The position numbers were made by a program, and so were the translations under genes. DNA of 62,481 nt, counting the filler, from Anaerolineae bacterium (GTDB taxonomy: Bacteria > Chloroflexota > Anaerolineae > Epilineales > Epilineaceae), in the NCBI GenBank assembly GCA_029262755.1. It is 6 parts of 6 records of this genome, joined end to end, with 100 filler letters (N's around TTAATTAATTAA, not from the genome) between each part and the next. Parts side by side here need not be neighbours in the genome. Positions count along the whole stretch, not along the records: positions 33,673 to 44,403 come from JAJCYU010000088.1; positions 44,504 to 51,540 come from JAJCYU010000089.1; 4 more parts are not named here. One strand, 5' to 3'. The notes under the pieces are model-generated. The model was not told the origin of the DNA, did not search any database, and saw nothing but the letters and a program-made list of their open reading frames with translations. Positions within the stretch are counted from its first letter, which is position 1, and each line of letters begins with the position of its first letter. This document shows positions 41,463-51,640 of this stretch, one piece after another.

Positions 41463-42047
41463 TCAATCGCGCGCATGAACCGCGCTCTGCGGGCGCGTTG
41501 TCGCCGCGCCGTGCTTGTCCGTTAGGGCCTTTGCAACCGCCGGCGGCACGAGGCGGCCGACGTCGCCGTCCATCATCGCCACCTCGCGCACGATGGAGGC
41601 GCTGACAAAGGCGTGCTCCGGGTTGGCGATCAGCAGCAAGGTCTCCACCTCCGGCGCAAGGTGCCGGTTCATCATCGCCATCTTGCGCTCGAACTCGAAA
41701 TCGTCGGCCACTCGCAATCCACGGACGATACACCGAGCCGCAACATCGCGCGCGAATCGGACGGCGAGCCCGGCAAAGGGGCGGACCACAACGTTGGACA
41801 AATGCGCCGTTGCCGTCTGCGCGAGCGCAACGCGCTCCTGCGTGGTGAACAACGGTCGCTTTGCCCCACTCGGGGGGTGATCGTATACCGCGAGGATCAA
41901 CTCATCGAACATTCGCCCTGCCCGCTCCGCGATATCGACGTGCCCGTTCGTGATGGGATCGAAGGTTGCCGGGAATACCGCTCGGCGGCTAGCGCGGTCA
42001 TCATCAACCACGAACTCCTCGTCGTCCGGCTTTTGCGTCGTGTTCAT
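41463..42047 (-). CDS. coaD: Phosphopantetheine adenylyltransferase
   Basis: FPATFDPITNGH.DI, IVRGLR...DFEFE and VSASIVREVA..GDV; ATGA overlap with recG. Confidence 0.96.
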   Translation of the reverse strand: MNTTQKPDDEEFVVDDDRASRRAVFPATFDPITNGHVDIAERAGRMFDELILAVYDHPPSGAKRPLFTTQERVALAQTATAHLSNVVVRPFAGLAVRFARDVAARCIVRGLRVADDFEFERKMAMMNRHLAPEVETLLLIANPEHAFVSASIVREVAMMDGDVGRLVPPAVAKALTDKHGAATTRPQSAVHARD

Positions 42048-44403
42048 TTTCTCGCCGCCCCTTCGTGATATGGCCGGGTGAGGCGGGCCAAGCCGCCATG
42101 ACGTGAATCCTTCAATTGTGGATCCTCGTCCAGGACCCTCTCCGCGACCCGGACGGCGGCTGCCAACGTCTTCGTATCGCTCAATCGTGCGAAACGGAAT
42201 GGATCGAGCACCCCGCTTTGGCGCGTGCCGAAATACTCCCCTGGGCCCCGCAACTCCAGGTCGCGTTCGGCGAGTTCCAACCCGTTGCGGAGCCGCGTGC
42301 CCCCCTCGACCGTGGCGTCCGGGATTCGTTCGGTCAAGGCGCGGATACGCGCGTGCGCAACCTTGCCGCCGCCGGAGGTGACCAGCAAGCACATGCTGGC
42401 CTTGCTCCCGCGGCCCACCCGTCCCCGCAACTGATGGAGTTGGGCCAGGCCGAAGCGCTCCGCTCCGTCGATGAGCATCACGGTCGCGTTCGGGACATCG
42501 ACGCCGACCTCGACAACCGTGGTCGAGACCAGGACTTGCGCATCGCCGGCATGAAACGCCGCCATCGCCGCCTCCTTCTCGGCCGGAGGCATGCGGCCGT
42601 GGACCAACGCAAGTCGAAGATCGGCGAAGGTATCGCTACGAAGCCGTTCGTATTCTTCGACCGCGGCGCGCGCCTCCACATGTTCGCTGGTCTCGACAAG
42701 CGGATAGATGATGTAGGCCTGATCGCCTTCCTCATCCACCCGTTTCCGAATGTAGGCATAGGCGCGCTCTCGCTGATCGGGTGCGAGCCACTCCGTCTCG
42801 ATCGGCCGCCGACCCCGCGGCATCTGCTCGATCACCGTGTGGTCGAGATCCGCGTTGAACACGTGTGCCAGCGTTCGGGGAATCGGGGTGGCCGTCATCA
42901 CCAGGCTGTGGACGGCCGGTCCCTCGCCTTGCTGGACGGGACTCCCGTCCGCCGCGCCGTCCAACGTCGCGCGCTGCATCACCCCGAAGCGATGCTGTTC
43001 GTCGACGATCGAGAGCGCTTGCTCGGGCAGCGCCACCGTTTCCTGGATTACGGCCTGCGTTCCGACCAGCACGCGCACCCCTCCGGCCGCCGCGGCCTCA
43101 CGCATCGCGATCTTGTCGGCATCGCGCATGCCGCCTACGAGCAGACCCATGACCCGCTCGTGCCCCGCGGCAAGGGCAAGCTCCTCCGCGCTACGCACCG
43201 TGCGCCACCCGGCTGGCTCCAACAACGCGCCCAGACTCTGTACATGCTGGCGCGCCAGGATCTCTGTGGGCGCCATCAAGGCCGCCTGCGCACCGGCGGC
43301 CGCGCACTGCACGAGCGCGGCGGCGGCCACCACCGTCTTGCCGCAACCAACGTCGCCTTGGAGCAAGCGGCTCATCGGCGTTGCAACCGATAGATCCGCC
43401 GCGATCTCCTCGATGGCTGCTCGTTGGTCTTCGGTCAAAGGCCAGGGCAAGGAATGCAGGAAGAGGTCCATCGCGCCCCGCCCTGCATCCAGAGCCTGTG
43501 TACGCCGCTCGCGCCGCGCCCGCCGCTTTTGGCGAAACCACAATTGGAGTCCGAGCAACTCTTCGAACGCGAGACGTCGAAACCCACGGTCGCGCTCTGC
43601 CGCGTCCTGGGGCGTGTGGATGGCACGGTAGGCATCCGGGCGCGTGCACAACGATTCCTCTTCGCGCAGCCATACGGGAAGAGGATCACCCAGCAAGTCG
43701 GCGAACTGCGATACCGCGGACTGAACGTGACGCAACACGAATCGCTGCGTGACGCCTTCGGTCAAGGGGTAGATCGGCACGATGCGCCCGGATGTGGAGC
43801 CGTCGGCATTGAGCTTCTCCCATTCCGGGCCGTTCATCACCGCGCGGCCGCCCCACTGCTCGACCTTGCCGCTTGCGGCGATCCGACTACCGGGTCGGAA
43901 GGACTTGGCCAGATAGGGCTGGTTGAAAAAAGACAAGCGCAAGCGCCCGGTGGCGTCTTCCAAGAGCACCCACACGACCTGCTTGCCGGCCTTGCCCCGC
44001 GCGGAACGCACGTCGACGACTCGACCCGTGACGGTCAGATCGCGACCCGTCTCGATGTCCGCGATCGCCACGGTCTCACTGTAGTCGCGGTAGCGATGCG
44101 GGACATGGTTTAAGAGATCGTCCACGGTATGCAGACCGAGCCGCGCGAGCCGCGCTGCTGCTTTTTCGCCCACGCCGCGTACGGCCGTGACCGACGCGCC
44201 GAGGCCGGGGTCATCAGCGAGCAGAGGAGCGAGGCGAGGGGCCGCCGGTTTCCGCCGCGTCTCGGTCCGCGTCGGGTTGGTCCGCGTCTTCGGGCTCGCC
44301 GCGGTACCTGGTTGCGCCACCGAATGCGTCGTCGGCGGCGCTTCGGGGCGCGCCCGCGCGGGCGGTGCGGGCGGCGCGGGCGGCGCATCGCCGCGACCGA
44401 CCG
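42044..44403 (-). CDS. recG: ATP-dependent DNA helicase RecG; the frame stays open to the contig edge
   Basis: RLLQGDVGCGKT, MAPTEILARQH, DEQHRFGV.QR, MTATPIPRTL, ERFGLAQLHQLRGRVGRG and DLELRGPGE. Confidence 0.98.
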
Positions 44404-44503
44404 NNNNNNNNNNNNNNNNNNNNNNNNNNNNNNNNNNNNNNNNNNNNTTAATTAATTAANNNNNNNNNNNNNNNNNNNNNNNNNNNNNNNNNNNNNNNNN
44501 NNN
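44404..44503. other. Artificial contig spacer
   Basis: N-run containing TTAATTAATTAA. Confidence 0.99.
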
Positions 44504-44580
44504 ACCTCTCCGAAGCCGACGCCGCTGCCGTCGCCGCGCACCTCGCGGACATGACACCGGAGGGGGAGGCCGGTGTGTGA
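44504..44580 (+). CDS. C-terminus of the gene upstream of terL (possibly terminase small subunit)
   Basis: ...LSEADAAAVAAHLADMTPEGEAGV*; the stop overlaps the terL start (GTGA). Identity inferred from position only. Confidence 0.4.
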
Positions 44581-46109
44581 TCTACACCGAAGCCCAGATA
44601 GCGCTTGCAGCCGAGCGGGCCGGGCTCTCGGGTGTCGATCCGTCCGTCATCCGCGAGCGGCTTGTGCAGCGGGCACGGGAGCCGTTCACCAAGTGGCGAC
44701 CGCTGCCGACCGGGGAACAGGGCAAGTTCGTCCGTCACGCCATCGCAGAGGCCGCTACGGGCGTCATCGTCCTGCGTGGGGGCAACCGATCGGGCAAGAC
44801 CGACAGCGGGGCGTACGTCACCGCACACCGGGCGCGGGTGACGCTGGACACGATCGCACGGGCACGCAAGGCCGAGGGCAAGCCCACGGTCATCTGGTGC
44901 GTGGGGACGACCTACGAGCACTGCGGCAACACGATGTGGAAAGACAAGCTGCGGCACCTGATCCCGGACGCGGTGATCGACGGGGTGACGTGGCTGAACC
45001 GGCAGGCGGGGCACCCCAAGATCGTGCGGCTAACGAGCGGTATCGAGCTTGTGTTCAAATCGGCGGACCAGGGCCGCGAATCCATGCAGGCGGCGGACCT
45101 GTTCGGCATCTGGATCGACGAACAGATCGACCCCAACCTGTTCAGCGAGCTCGCCATGCGGTGCATCGACCACGACTCACCGATCTGGTGGACGTTCACG
45201 CCGCTGAACCCGGACCCGAATCTCGAGCAGGCCATCTCCGATCCGCCGGACGGGTGGGCCTTCTATCAGATCGACATGGAGGACAACCGGGTCAGCCGGG
45301 GCGGGTATCTGCCGGACGAGAAGGTCGATCTGGCGCTTGCACAACTCAAGGCACAGAACCCGGACGAGTTCGAGACCCGCAAGAGCGGTGCCCTCATGGC
45401 GTCCGAGGGGCTGATTTTCAAGAACTGGAACCGGCGTATCCACGTGCGCCCCGCGTCGGAGATCATGGATGCGGTCATGTCCGACCGCATCGTGTTCCGG
45501 GGCTGCGGGGTGGACTTTGGCCGCACCGTGCCGTCCGCTGTGATATGGGGGGCACGCGATGACGCGGGGCGATGGTACATCTACGCGGAGCACTACCGGG
45601 CAGAGTGGACGATCGAGCGGCACCACGAAGCCATCGTCACGATCAACGAGCAATGGGCACTGCAGCCCGAGTGGTACGCCTGCGATCCCGGCGACGGATC
45701 AAAGACGGCGCTTGGTGCGGAGGTCACGACAAGCGGACGGGCCTACCTGCGTCGGCAGGGGTGCAGCGTCATCAACGCCGACAAACGCTGGTCGGAGGGC
45801 GTGCGGACCCTGCAATCGCTTCTCGCCCCCGAGATGGTCGCCGGGTCGGATGGCCCGGTCGCGGGCGAGCCGATGCTGTACGTCTCCGAGGAATGCGAAA
45901 ACCTGTGCCGGGAGATCGGCCTGTACCGGCGGCTCGCGGGCACTGCGATCAGTGACCGGGACGGGCCTATCAAGAAAGACGATCACGCGGTGGATGCGTG
46001 GCGATACCTTGTGCGGACCTATGAATCCCGGTACGCGGGGAAGACTGCGGGCGTATCCGCAGCCGGGCCGGCGCGAATGGCAGGGAACCCGCTGGCGATG
46101 CTTGGGTGA
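44577..46109 (+). CDS. terL: Phage terminase large subunit
   Basis: Walker A GGNRSGKT, Walker B IWIDE, coupling motif TFTP, and nuclease motifs GVDFG and KDDHAVDAWRY. Confidence 0.93.
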   Translation: MIYTEAQIALAAERAGLSGVDPSVIRERLVQRAREPFTKWRPLPTGEQGKFVRHAIAEAATGVIVLRGGNRSGKTDSGAYVTAHRARVTLDTIARARKAEGKPTVIWCVGTTYEHCGNTMWKDKLRHLIPDAVIDGVTWLNRQAGHPKIVRLTSGIELVFKSADQGRESMQAADLFGIWIDEQIDPNLFSELAMRCIDHDSPIWWTFTPLNPDPNLEQAISDPPDGWAFYQIDMEDNRVSRGGYLPDEKVDLALAQLKAQNPDEFETRKSGALMASEGLIFKNWNRRIHVRPASEIMDAVMSDRIVFRGCGVDFGRTVPSAVIWGARDDAGRWYIYAEHYRAEWTIERHHEAIVTINEQWALQPEWYACDPGDGSKTALGAEVTTSGRAYLRRQGCSVINADKRWSEGVRTLQSLLAPEMVAGSDGPVAGEPMLYVSEECENLCREIGLYRRLAGTAISDRDGPIKKDDHAVDAWRYLVRTYESRYAGKTAGVSAAGPARMAGNPLAMLG

Positions 46110-46145
46110 TGAGAGCACCACGAACCACGACGAAATGAGCCAACC

Positions 46146-47561
46146 ATGACCGAATCCATCGCCAAAGCCCAGGTACGCCCCGTCTACCCGACCGACCTCG
46201 TTGCCAGTATCAGCACCGCACTGAGTCGCGTGCTCATGCGCGGCGACCGGGCGTGGCGGCAGAACCGCCAGCTCCAAGTGATGATGCGGCAAGACCCGGA
46301 TATCCAGCACGCAATCGAGGTGCGGGAGCAGGCGGGCGTGTCGATGAAATGGCGGATCAAGCCCGTTGACGAGGACGATCTGGCCCACAAAGCCAAGTGC
46401 ATGGCGACCGAGAAGGCCATCCGTGCGATCCCCGAGTTTGTGCAGATGCGGCGTCGGACCCAGCAGTGCATCTGGTACGGGGCAACGGCGACGGCGCTGA
46501 ACTGGGCGATGCTGCCGAGACCGATCGAAGCAACGGCGGAAAACGAGAACATCGGCGACGACGGCAAGGCCGAGAGCGAGACGGCATCAATCACCATCGC
46601 ACCCACGCGGGCGGACCCGGTGCCCCCGGACGGCATCCGGTGGACCGCAGACGGGCGGCTGGTAATCCTGTCCAACCCCCGCAGCGATCGCTTCAATGGA
46701 TACGAGCGGGTGTACACGGACGGCGGATCGGGCGTGGTCGTCCCCGATGACGAGCGGTCGGCGTGGTTGGTGGCGGTTTGGAACAAAGACGCCCCGAACG
46801 CGGCGGACCCGCACACGGCGGACCGTTCGTACGCGGGCCACGGGCTGCGGTCGATGCTGTGGGATGGGTGGGTGCGGAAGCAACAATTGCTCCAGGTCGG
46901 CGACAGCTACGCGGAGCGCCTGAGCCGGGGCACGATCATGGTGGGCCACGACGGCACATCACAGAGCGAGGCGGCGGCAAAGGCGGTTGTGGACGCACTG
47001 GGGCAGGCCCACGCGGTCACGATCAACACGAACGCTGCCGAGGCGGTCGGCGGACTCGACAAGATGATCCAGGTATTCGAGGCCAGCGGCACCGGCAACC
47101 AGATCTTCCGCGACATGGCGAGGGACGCGGGCGAGCAGTTGAAGCTCTGTATCCTCGGACAGACGCTCACCACCGACACCGCACCCACCGGGCTGGGTTC
47201 GGGCGTTGCCGAGGCCCACCAGGACACGTTCAGCAAGCAACTCGAGTATGACACCGCCGTCGTTGACGAGGCGATGACACGCGACCTTGTTGGGCCGATG
47301 TGGCGTGCGAACTTCCCCGATGACCCCCGAATCCCCGAGTTCCTGTCGCAGAACCGCGAAGACGAGGAAGACACCGACAAGCGGATCGAGACCGCTGAGC
47401 GCCTGCACGCGATGGGCGTGCCGCTGGCGTTGAAGGATCTGTATGCGGAGAGCGGGTTCCGCGAGCCGCAGGGCGATGAGGCCACGGTGGGGGGCGGCGG
47501 CGATCCGATGGGGGGCGTGGGTGATTTGCTGGGCTCGTTGCAGGATGAGGGGGTTGTGTGA
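46146..47561 (+). CDS. Phage portal protein, DUF935 / Mu gp29-like
   Basis: M.QDPDI..AI..R, GHGLRS and ILGQTLTT...GLGSGVAEAH; follows terL. Confidence 0.85.
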   Translation: MTESIAKAQVRPVYPTDLVASISTALSRVLMRGDRAWRQNRQLQVMMRQDPDIQHAIEVREQAGVSMKWRIKPVDEDDLAHKAKCMATEKAIRAIPEFVQMRRRTQQCIWYGATATALNWAMLPRPIEATAENENIGDDGKAESETASITIAPTRADPVPPDGIRWTADGRLVILSNPRSDRFNGYERVYTDGGSGVVVPDDERSAWLVAVWNKDAPNAADPHTADRSYAGHGLRSMLWDGWVRKQQLLQVGDSYAERLSRGTIMVGHDGTSQSEAAAKAVVDALGQAHAVTINTNAAEAVGGLDKMIQVFEASGTGNQIFRDMARDAGEQLKLCILGQTLTTDTAPTGLGSGVAEAHQDTFSKQLEYDTAVVDEAMTRDLVGPMWRANFPDDPRIPEFLSQNREDEEDTDKRIETAERLHAMGVPLALKDLYAESGFREPQGDEATVGGGGDPMGGVGDLLGSLQDEGVV

Positions 47562-48535
47562 CGGCACCCCGCCCCACACCCCGCAGAATCAACGCCGTAG
47601 CCGACACGCTCGCGTCACGGTTCGTCGTCAAGGCCATGCCGCTCTACCGGCAGGCCATCCGCGACTATCTCGACGGCGACACCGGCTCTGAGGCGTGGAA
47701 TGGGCTTGCGGACCTGTGGGGGCGGCAACTGCTGGCGTCGATGCTGCTGGGCCGGGCCGCGACCGATCGAGACCTGATCCGGCAGCGGTTGATCGAGGCC
47801 CCCACCCAGCCCCGCGTCGAATCGCTCGGGTTCGCCCAGTTCGATGACGACGACATCGCCAACCGGGCGATCAAGCAAACCGCCATCGACATCATCAATC
47901 GGTTCACGGCGGAAATCCCCGACCTCGCCACGATCGGGCCGCAGATGGCGGCGCAGGCCCAACGGCAGGCCCACAGCCTCATGATGGCGACCCACGACGA
48001 CGCACCACGGCTCATCGGCAAGATCATCGAACGCATCCCCGAAGCGGCGAGGATCGGACCGGACACCCTGCCCGATCCCGCGTCGATCGTCCGCAGGCTG
48101 CTCGACAACGACGACGGCGTGAAGCTGCTGAGCCGCACGCTCGACACCGAGGCCCGCACTTCGATGATGGGCGGGTTCAATCACGCGGGCCGCGCCGAAA
48201 TCGTGCGGCACCAGAACGTGATGCCGGTGACGATCCTGAGCGAGATTCAGGACCGCAGGACACGCGGAAACCCGAACGGACGGTATCCCGATGCCCCCCC
48301 ACATTACCAGATGGACGGGTTCGCAGCGGCGACCGATGACCCGATCTGGGAACGGATCACACCCCCCAACGGCTACAACTGCCGGGGCTCGATCCGGGGT
48401 GTTTCGACCGCAAAAGCCCTACAAAACAAGTGGTTACGCGACGACGGCACCGTTGACCGCGAAGCCATGCGGCGCAAGTTCGCACGCCAATGGCGGCTGA
48501 TCGAATCGGGCAAGTACCCCGACGAAGGCTTCTAG
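47558..48535 (+). CDS. Phage minor head morphogenesis protein (Mu gpF / SPP1 gp7 family)
   Basis: DRRTR...H..MDG...DDPIW..ITPPNGYNCR and C-terminal PDEGF. Confidence 0.88.
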   Translation: MTAPRPTPRRINAVADTLASRFVVKAMPLYRQAIRDYLDGDTGSEAWNGLADLWGRQLLASMLLGRAATDRDLIRQRLIEAPTQPRVESLGFAQFDDDDIANRAIKQTAIDIINRFTAEIPDLATIGPQMAAQAQRQAHSLMMATHDDAPRLIGKIIERIPEAARIGPDTLPDPASIVRRLLDNDDGVKLLSRTLDTEARTSMMGGFNHAGRAEIVRHQNVMPVTILSEIQDRRTRGNPNGRYPDAPPHYQMDGFAAATDDPIWERITPPNGYNCRGSIRGVSTAKALQNKWLRDDGTVDREAMRRKFARQWRLIESGKYPDEGF

Positions 48536-48590
48536 GGGGGCATCAAACCCCATCTTGTATCACCATTGCGGCCCGTGTTGTATGGGCTGA

Positions 48591-49811
48591 ATGGATGCCG
48601 TACTCGCACCAGAACCTACCGCCCCGACCGTGACCGGCTCACACGCCGTTGACATCGACGGGGATCGTTGCGTCATCCGCAACGTCGAATTGTTCAGCGA
48701 GAAGGCCAAAGACACCGCGCTGGGCAAGGTCGATCGGGCCATGCTCGACCGGATCACCGCCCACACGAACCGCATGGCCGCGAACGGGCGGCGCACGCAG
48801 ATCGTGTTGCGGCACGCATCGAAAGACGAGCCCGCCGATCAGCAGTCCTACGGCACCATCCGCAACCTGTGGGTGGGCGAGGCCAACGGCACCGTGTACA
48901 TCTACGGCGACCTGCACATGCGGCAGCATGAGCTGTACACGCTGGAGCGATACCCCCGTCGGTCAGCCGAGATTTACGGCATGGCGGACGGGCAGGTCGT
49001 CAGCCTCGCCGATGGCGATTGGGACGACCTGTGGCTGGGCAACCTGGCGTTGCTCGGGCGGGAGACCCCCGGCGCGGACATCCCCGATCTTTCAGTCTCA
49101 CTCAATGGCGGAACGGATCACCCGGCGGTGTTCCTGAGCGAAGTCCCCGCCGTCACATTCGGAACCACCCAGGAGCCCGACATGGATATCGACAAGAAGG
49201 CCGTGCAGAAGTTCATCGACGACATGGACGAGAAGGATCGCAAGGCGTTTCTCGCCGGATTCTCGGAAGACGAGAAGCCCGCTGAGGACGAGAAGAAGGA
49301 AAAGAAGCCCGACGAATCCAAGAGCAGCGCGGAGTCCGCACCGGCGGCTACGGCGGCTGCCGAGTCGGTTGATTTCGCGTCCGACCCGCGATTCGTCGCC
49401 ATGCAGGCGCAGATCGGCCAGTTGAAGCAGAGCGGGCGTGAGAACAGCACACGCGATGCCCTGCGATCGCTGGCCGACAAGGGCGTCGTGTTCAGCATGG
49501 ACGATGAACTCGCACGGTGTGCGGCCATCATCGACGACGAGGCCCGCGCCGCTGAGTTCTCCCGCATGGAGAAGAACTACGCCCGCACGCAGACCCCGCG
49601 ATCGCTCATGCACGCAAGCCAGGGCGCTGCCCAGTTCGCCGGTGCCGCGCAGCCCGCGACGGACCAGGCGTTGACGAGCGTGGAGCTCTCGCAGATCAGC
49701 ACCAAGGCGGCTGAGTTCGCATCGAACGACGGCCTGTCCACCGAGGAAGCGACCCACAAGGCCGCCGAATCGCTCGGTCTCTCTGACAAGTTGAAGGCGT
49801 ACGCGGGCTGA
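48591..49811 (+). CDS. Probable prohead protease / scaffold protein
   Basis: Lies between gpF and the capsid genes. N-domain has LRH, YPRRSAEI and LALLGRETP; the C-terminal half is charged and helical. Confidence 0.7.
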   Translation: MDAVLAPEPTAPTVTGSHAVDIDGDRCVIRNVELFSEKAKDTALGKVDRAMLDRITAHTNRMAANGRRTQIVLRHASKDEPADQQSYGTIRNLWVGEANGTVYIYGDLHMRQHELYTLERYPRRSAEIYGMADGQVVSLADGDWDDLWLGNLALLGRETPGADIPDLSVSLNGGTDHPAVFLSEVPAVTFGTTQEPDMDIDKKAVQKFIDDMDEKDRKAFLAGFSEDEKPAEDEKKEKKPDESKSSAESAPAATAAAESVDFASDPRFVAMQAQIGQLKQSGRENSTRDALRSLADKGVVFSMDDELARCAAIIDDEARAAEFSRMEKNYARTQTPRSLMHASQGAAQFAGAAQPATDQALTSVELSQISTKAAEFASNDGLSTEEATHKAAESLGLSDKLKAYAG

Positions 49812-49833
49812 GCCCGGAACAAAGGAGCCCACA

Positions 49834-50265
49834 ATGAACAGTTCAGCCACAGCACTCACCTACGCCGCAAGCGCGGCGGTCAACCCCAAGCGAATCGTCA
49901 AGGTCTCGGGGAACCGGACCGTTGCCCAGTGCAGCGCGGACACGGACGTGATCCTCGGTGTGTCCGGTCGTGACGAGAGCGCATACAACGAGACCACCCA
50001 CGCCGCAGCGGCTGGCGACCCCTGCGTCGTCTACGTCCCCGACGGTCGTGAAGTCATCATCACAGCGGGCGGCACCGTTTCGGCTGGCGGGTACGTCACC
50101 GCCGACTCGGACGGCAAAGCGATCGATGCCACCACCGACGACGTGACCGACTCGGAGACGGGCACCACCGCGTACGCGATCGGCCCCGTCATCCAGGGCG
50201 GCGCTTCCGGTGAAGACCTCGTGGTCATCAACAACGTCATCTCTGTCCGCAAGGTGTCCGCATAA
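49834..50265 (+). CDS. Capsid cement/decoration protein (DUF2190-like)
   Basis: Small Ala/Gly/Val-rich protein (AGGTVSAGGYVTADSDGKA) directly before the capsid gene. Confidence 0.75.
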   Translation: MNSSATALTYAASAAVNPKRIVKVSGNRTVAQCSADTDVILGVSGRDESAYNETTHAAAAGDPCVVYVPDGREVIITAGGTVSAGGYVTADSDGKAIDATTDDVTDSETGTTAYAIGPVIQGGASGEDLVVINNVISVRKVSA

Positions 50266-50299
50266 CCCGGGGTAACGCCCCACGAAAGGAGGCCCACAC

Positions 50300-51415
50300 A
50301 TGGCCTTTGTGAACCCCGGCGCTGGAAACGTTCTGCTTCCCGGCCCCACCACGAACGTCGGCGCGACCATCGCGCTGCAGACCGCATTTTCCAAGAACCC
50401 CAGCCGGTTCTCGTATCTGAACGCCGTGCGACGCATCCCGACCGCAAAGACGGTCGGCGTGTACGCGGAGACGAACGCCGACGACGTTGCCCGCATCGTT
50501 TCGGGGCAGGAAAAGCCCAACTGGCGTGACGGCGCGGCCCGGCCCGAGCCTGAGAACATCGACCACGAAATCCGCACGTTCCAGACGCAGCGGAACTCGG
50601 AAGTTGCCCAGCTCGGCAACCTGACGATCAGCAACGATCAGGTCGGCGTGGTCGCATCGCATTCGAGCGGCAAGGCCCATCTCGCCATGCTCAAGAAGAT
50701 GCTGGCGTTTGAGACGCTGGTAACCGATCCCGCGATCCTGACCCAGCACTACACCGCGACGGCACTGGGTGGCGGCAAGGTGGGTTCGGCGACATCGGCG
50801 AACAGCTACATCCAGAAGATGTTCAACGGGGCCAAGAAGGCCATTCAGCTCAACACGAACGGCGCGGTCGGCACCAGCGACATCATCGCCGTGATGGGCG
50901 TTGAGACCGCATCGACAATCGCAGAGTCGCCCGAAACAAAGGATTGGCTCCAGTCCAACCCGTGGGCGGTCAATGCGTTCCAGGGTGACGACATCTTTGA
51001 GACCTACGGGCTCCCGCCCAAGCTCCACGGCGTCCGCATCCTGGTTGCGAACGAATCGGTTGTGACCTCGGAGAAGGGTGCGGGAACCACCACCCGTCGC
51101 AGCCTGTTCGAAGGGCTGGGCACGGTCAGCGCCCAGACGGTCGGCACCCCGATCGTGTTCCTCACCCGCGAGGGTGGGGCACGCGGCAAGCTCCAGCCGT
51201 TCGCCGAACCGCTCGACGCGGGCGACCTCAACGGCATGTCCACGCCGGTCAACACGATCAGCAACGACACGGTTCTCGAGATCTTCCATGAAGACATGAC
51301 CTCTGAAACCGAGGTCGACAACTGGAACCGCGTTACCAAGATGGCCGTCACCGACAACTACGTCCACAAGATCGGCAGCGTCCGTGGCGCTGTCCTCGTC
51401 CGTGACGCGGTGTAA
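50300..51415 (+). CDS. Probable major capsid protein
   Basis: 371 aa, strong AAAGGAGG SD, position in the head module, YGLPPKLHGVRILV segment, followed by a terminator. Confidence 0.8.
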   Translation: MAFVNPGAGNVLLPGPTTNVGATIALQTAFSKNPSRFSYLNAVRRIPTAKTVGVYAETNADDVARIVSGQEKPNWRDGAARPEPENIDHEIRTFQTQRNSEVAQLGNLTISNDQVGVVASHSSGKAHLAMLKKMLAFETLVTDPAILTQHYTATALGGGKVGSATSANSYIQKMFNGAKKAIQLNTNGAVGTSDIIAVMGVETASTIAESPETKDWLQSNPWAVNAFQGDDIFETYGLPPKLHGVRILVANESVVTSEKGAGTTTRRSLFEGLGTVSAQTVGTPIVFLTREGGARGKLQPFAEPLDAGDLNGMSTPVNTISNDTVLEIFHEDMTSETEVDNWNRVTKMAVTDNYVHKIGSVRGAVLVRDAV

Positions 51416-51430
51416 CCAAACTCAGCGGCA

Positions 51431-51466
51431 CCGCCCGCGCCCGGGAAACCGGGCGTGCGGCGTTTT
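51431..51466 (+). terminator. Intrinsic terminator after the capsid gene
   Basis: Stem GCGCCCGG-GAAA-CCGGGCGT followed by TTTT. Confidence 0.7.
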
Positions 51467-51540
51467 CACCAGCGAACAGGAGGGCGGATCATGCCAGATT
51501 CATACGGACCGGGAGCCGCATCCAAACTCCGCAGGGCGAG

Positions 51541-51640
51541 NNNNNNNNNNNNNNNNNNNNNNNNNNNNNNNNNNNNNNNNNNNNTTAATTAATTAANNNN
51601 NNNNNNNNNNNNNNNNNNNNNNNNNNNNNNNNNNNNNNNN
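51541..51640. other. Artificial contig spacer
   Basis: N-run containing TTAATTAATTAA. Confidence 0.99.

Larger units (their letters stand above)
44504..51540 (+). mobile_element. Tailed (pro)phage fragment: DNA packaging and head module
   Basis: The whole contig is a co-oriented terL-portal-gpF-protease/scaffold-decoration-capsid cluster, with no host genes or att sites visible. Confidence 0.92.
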
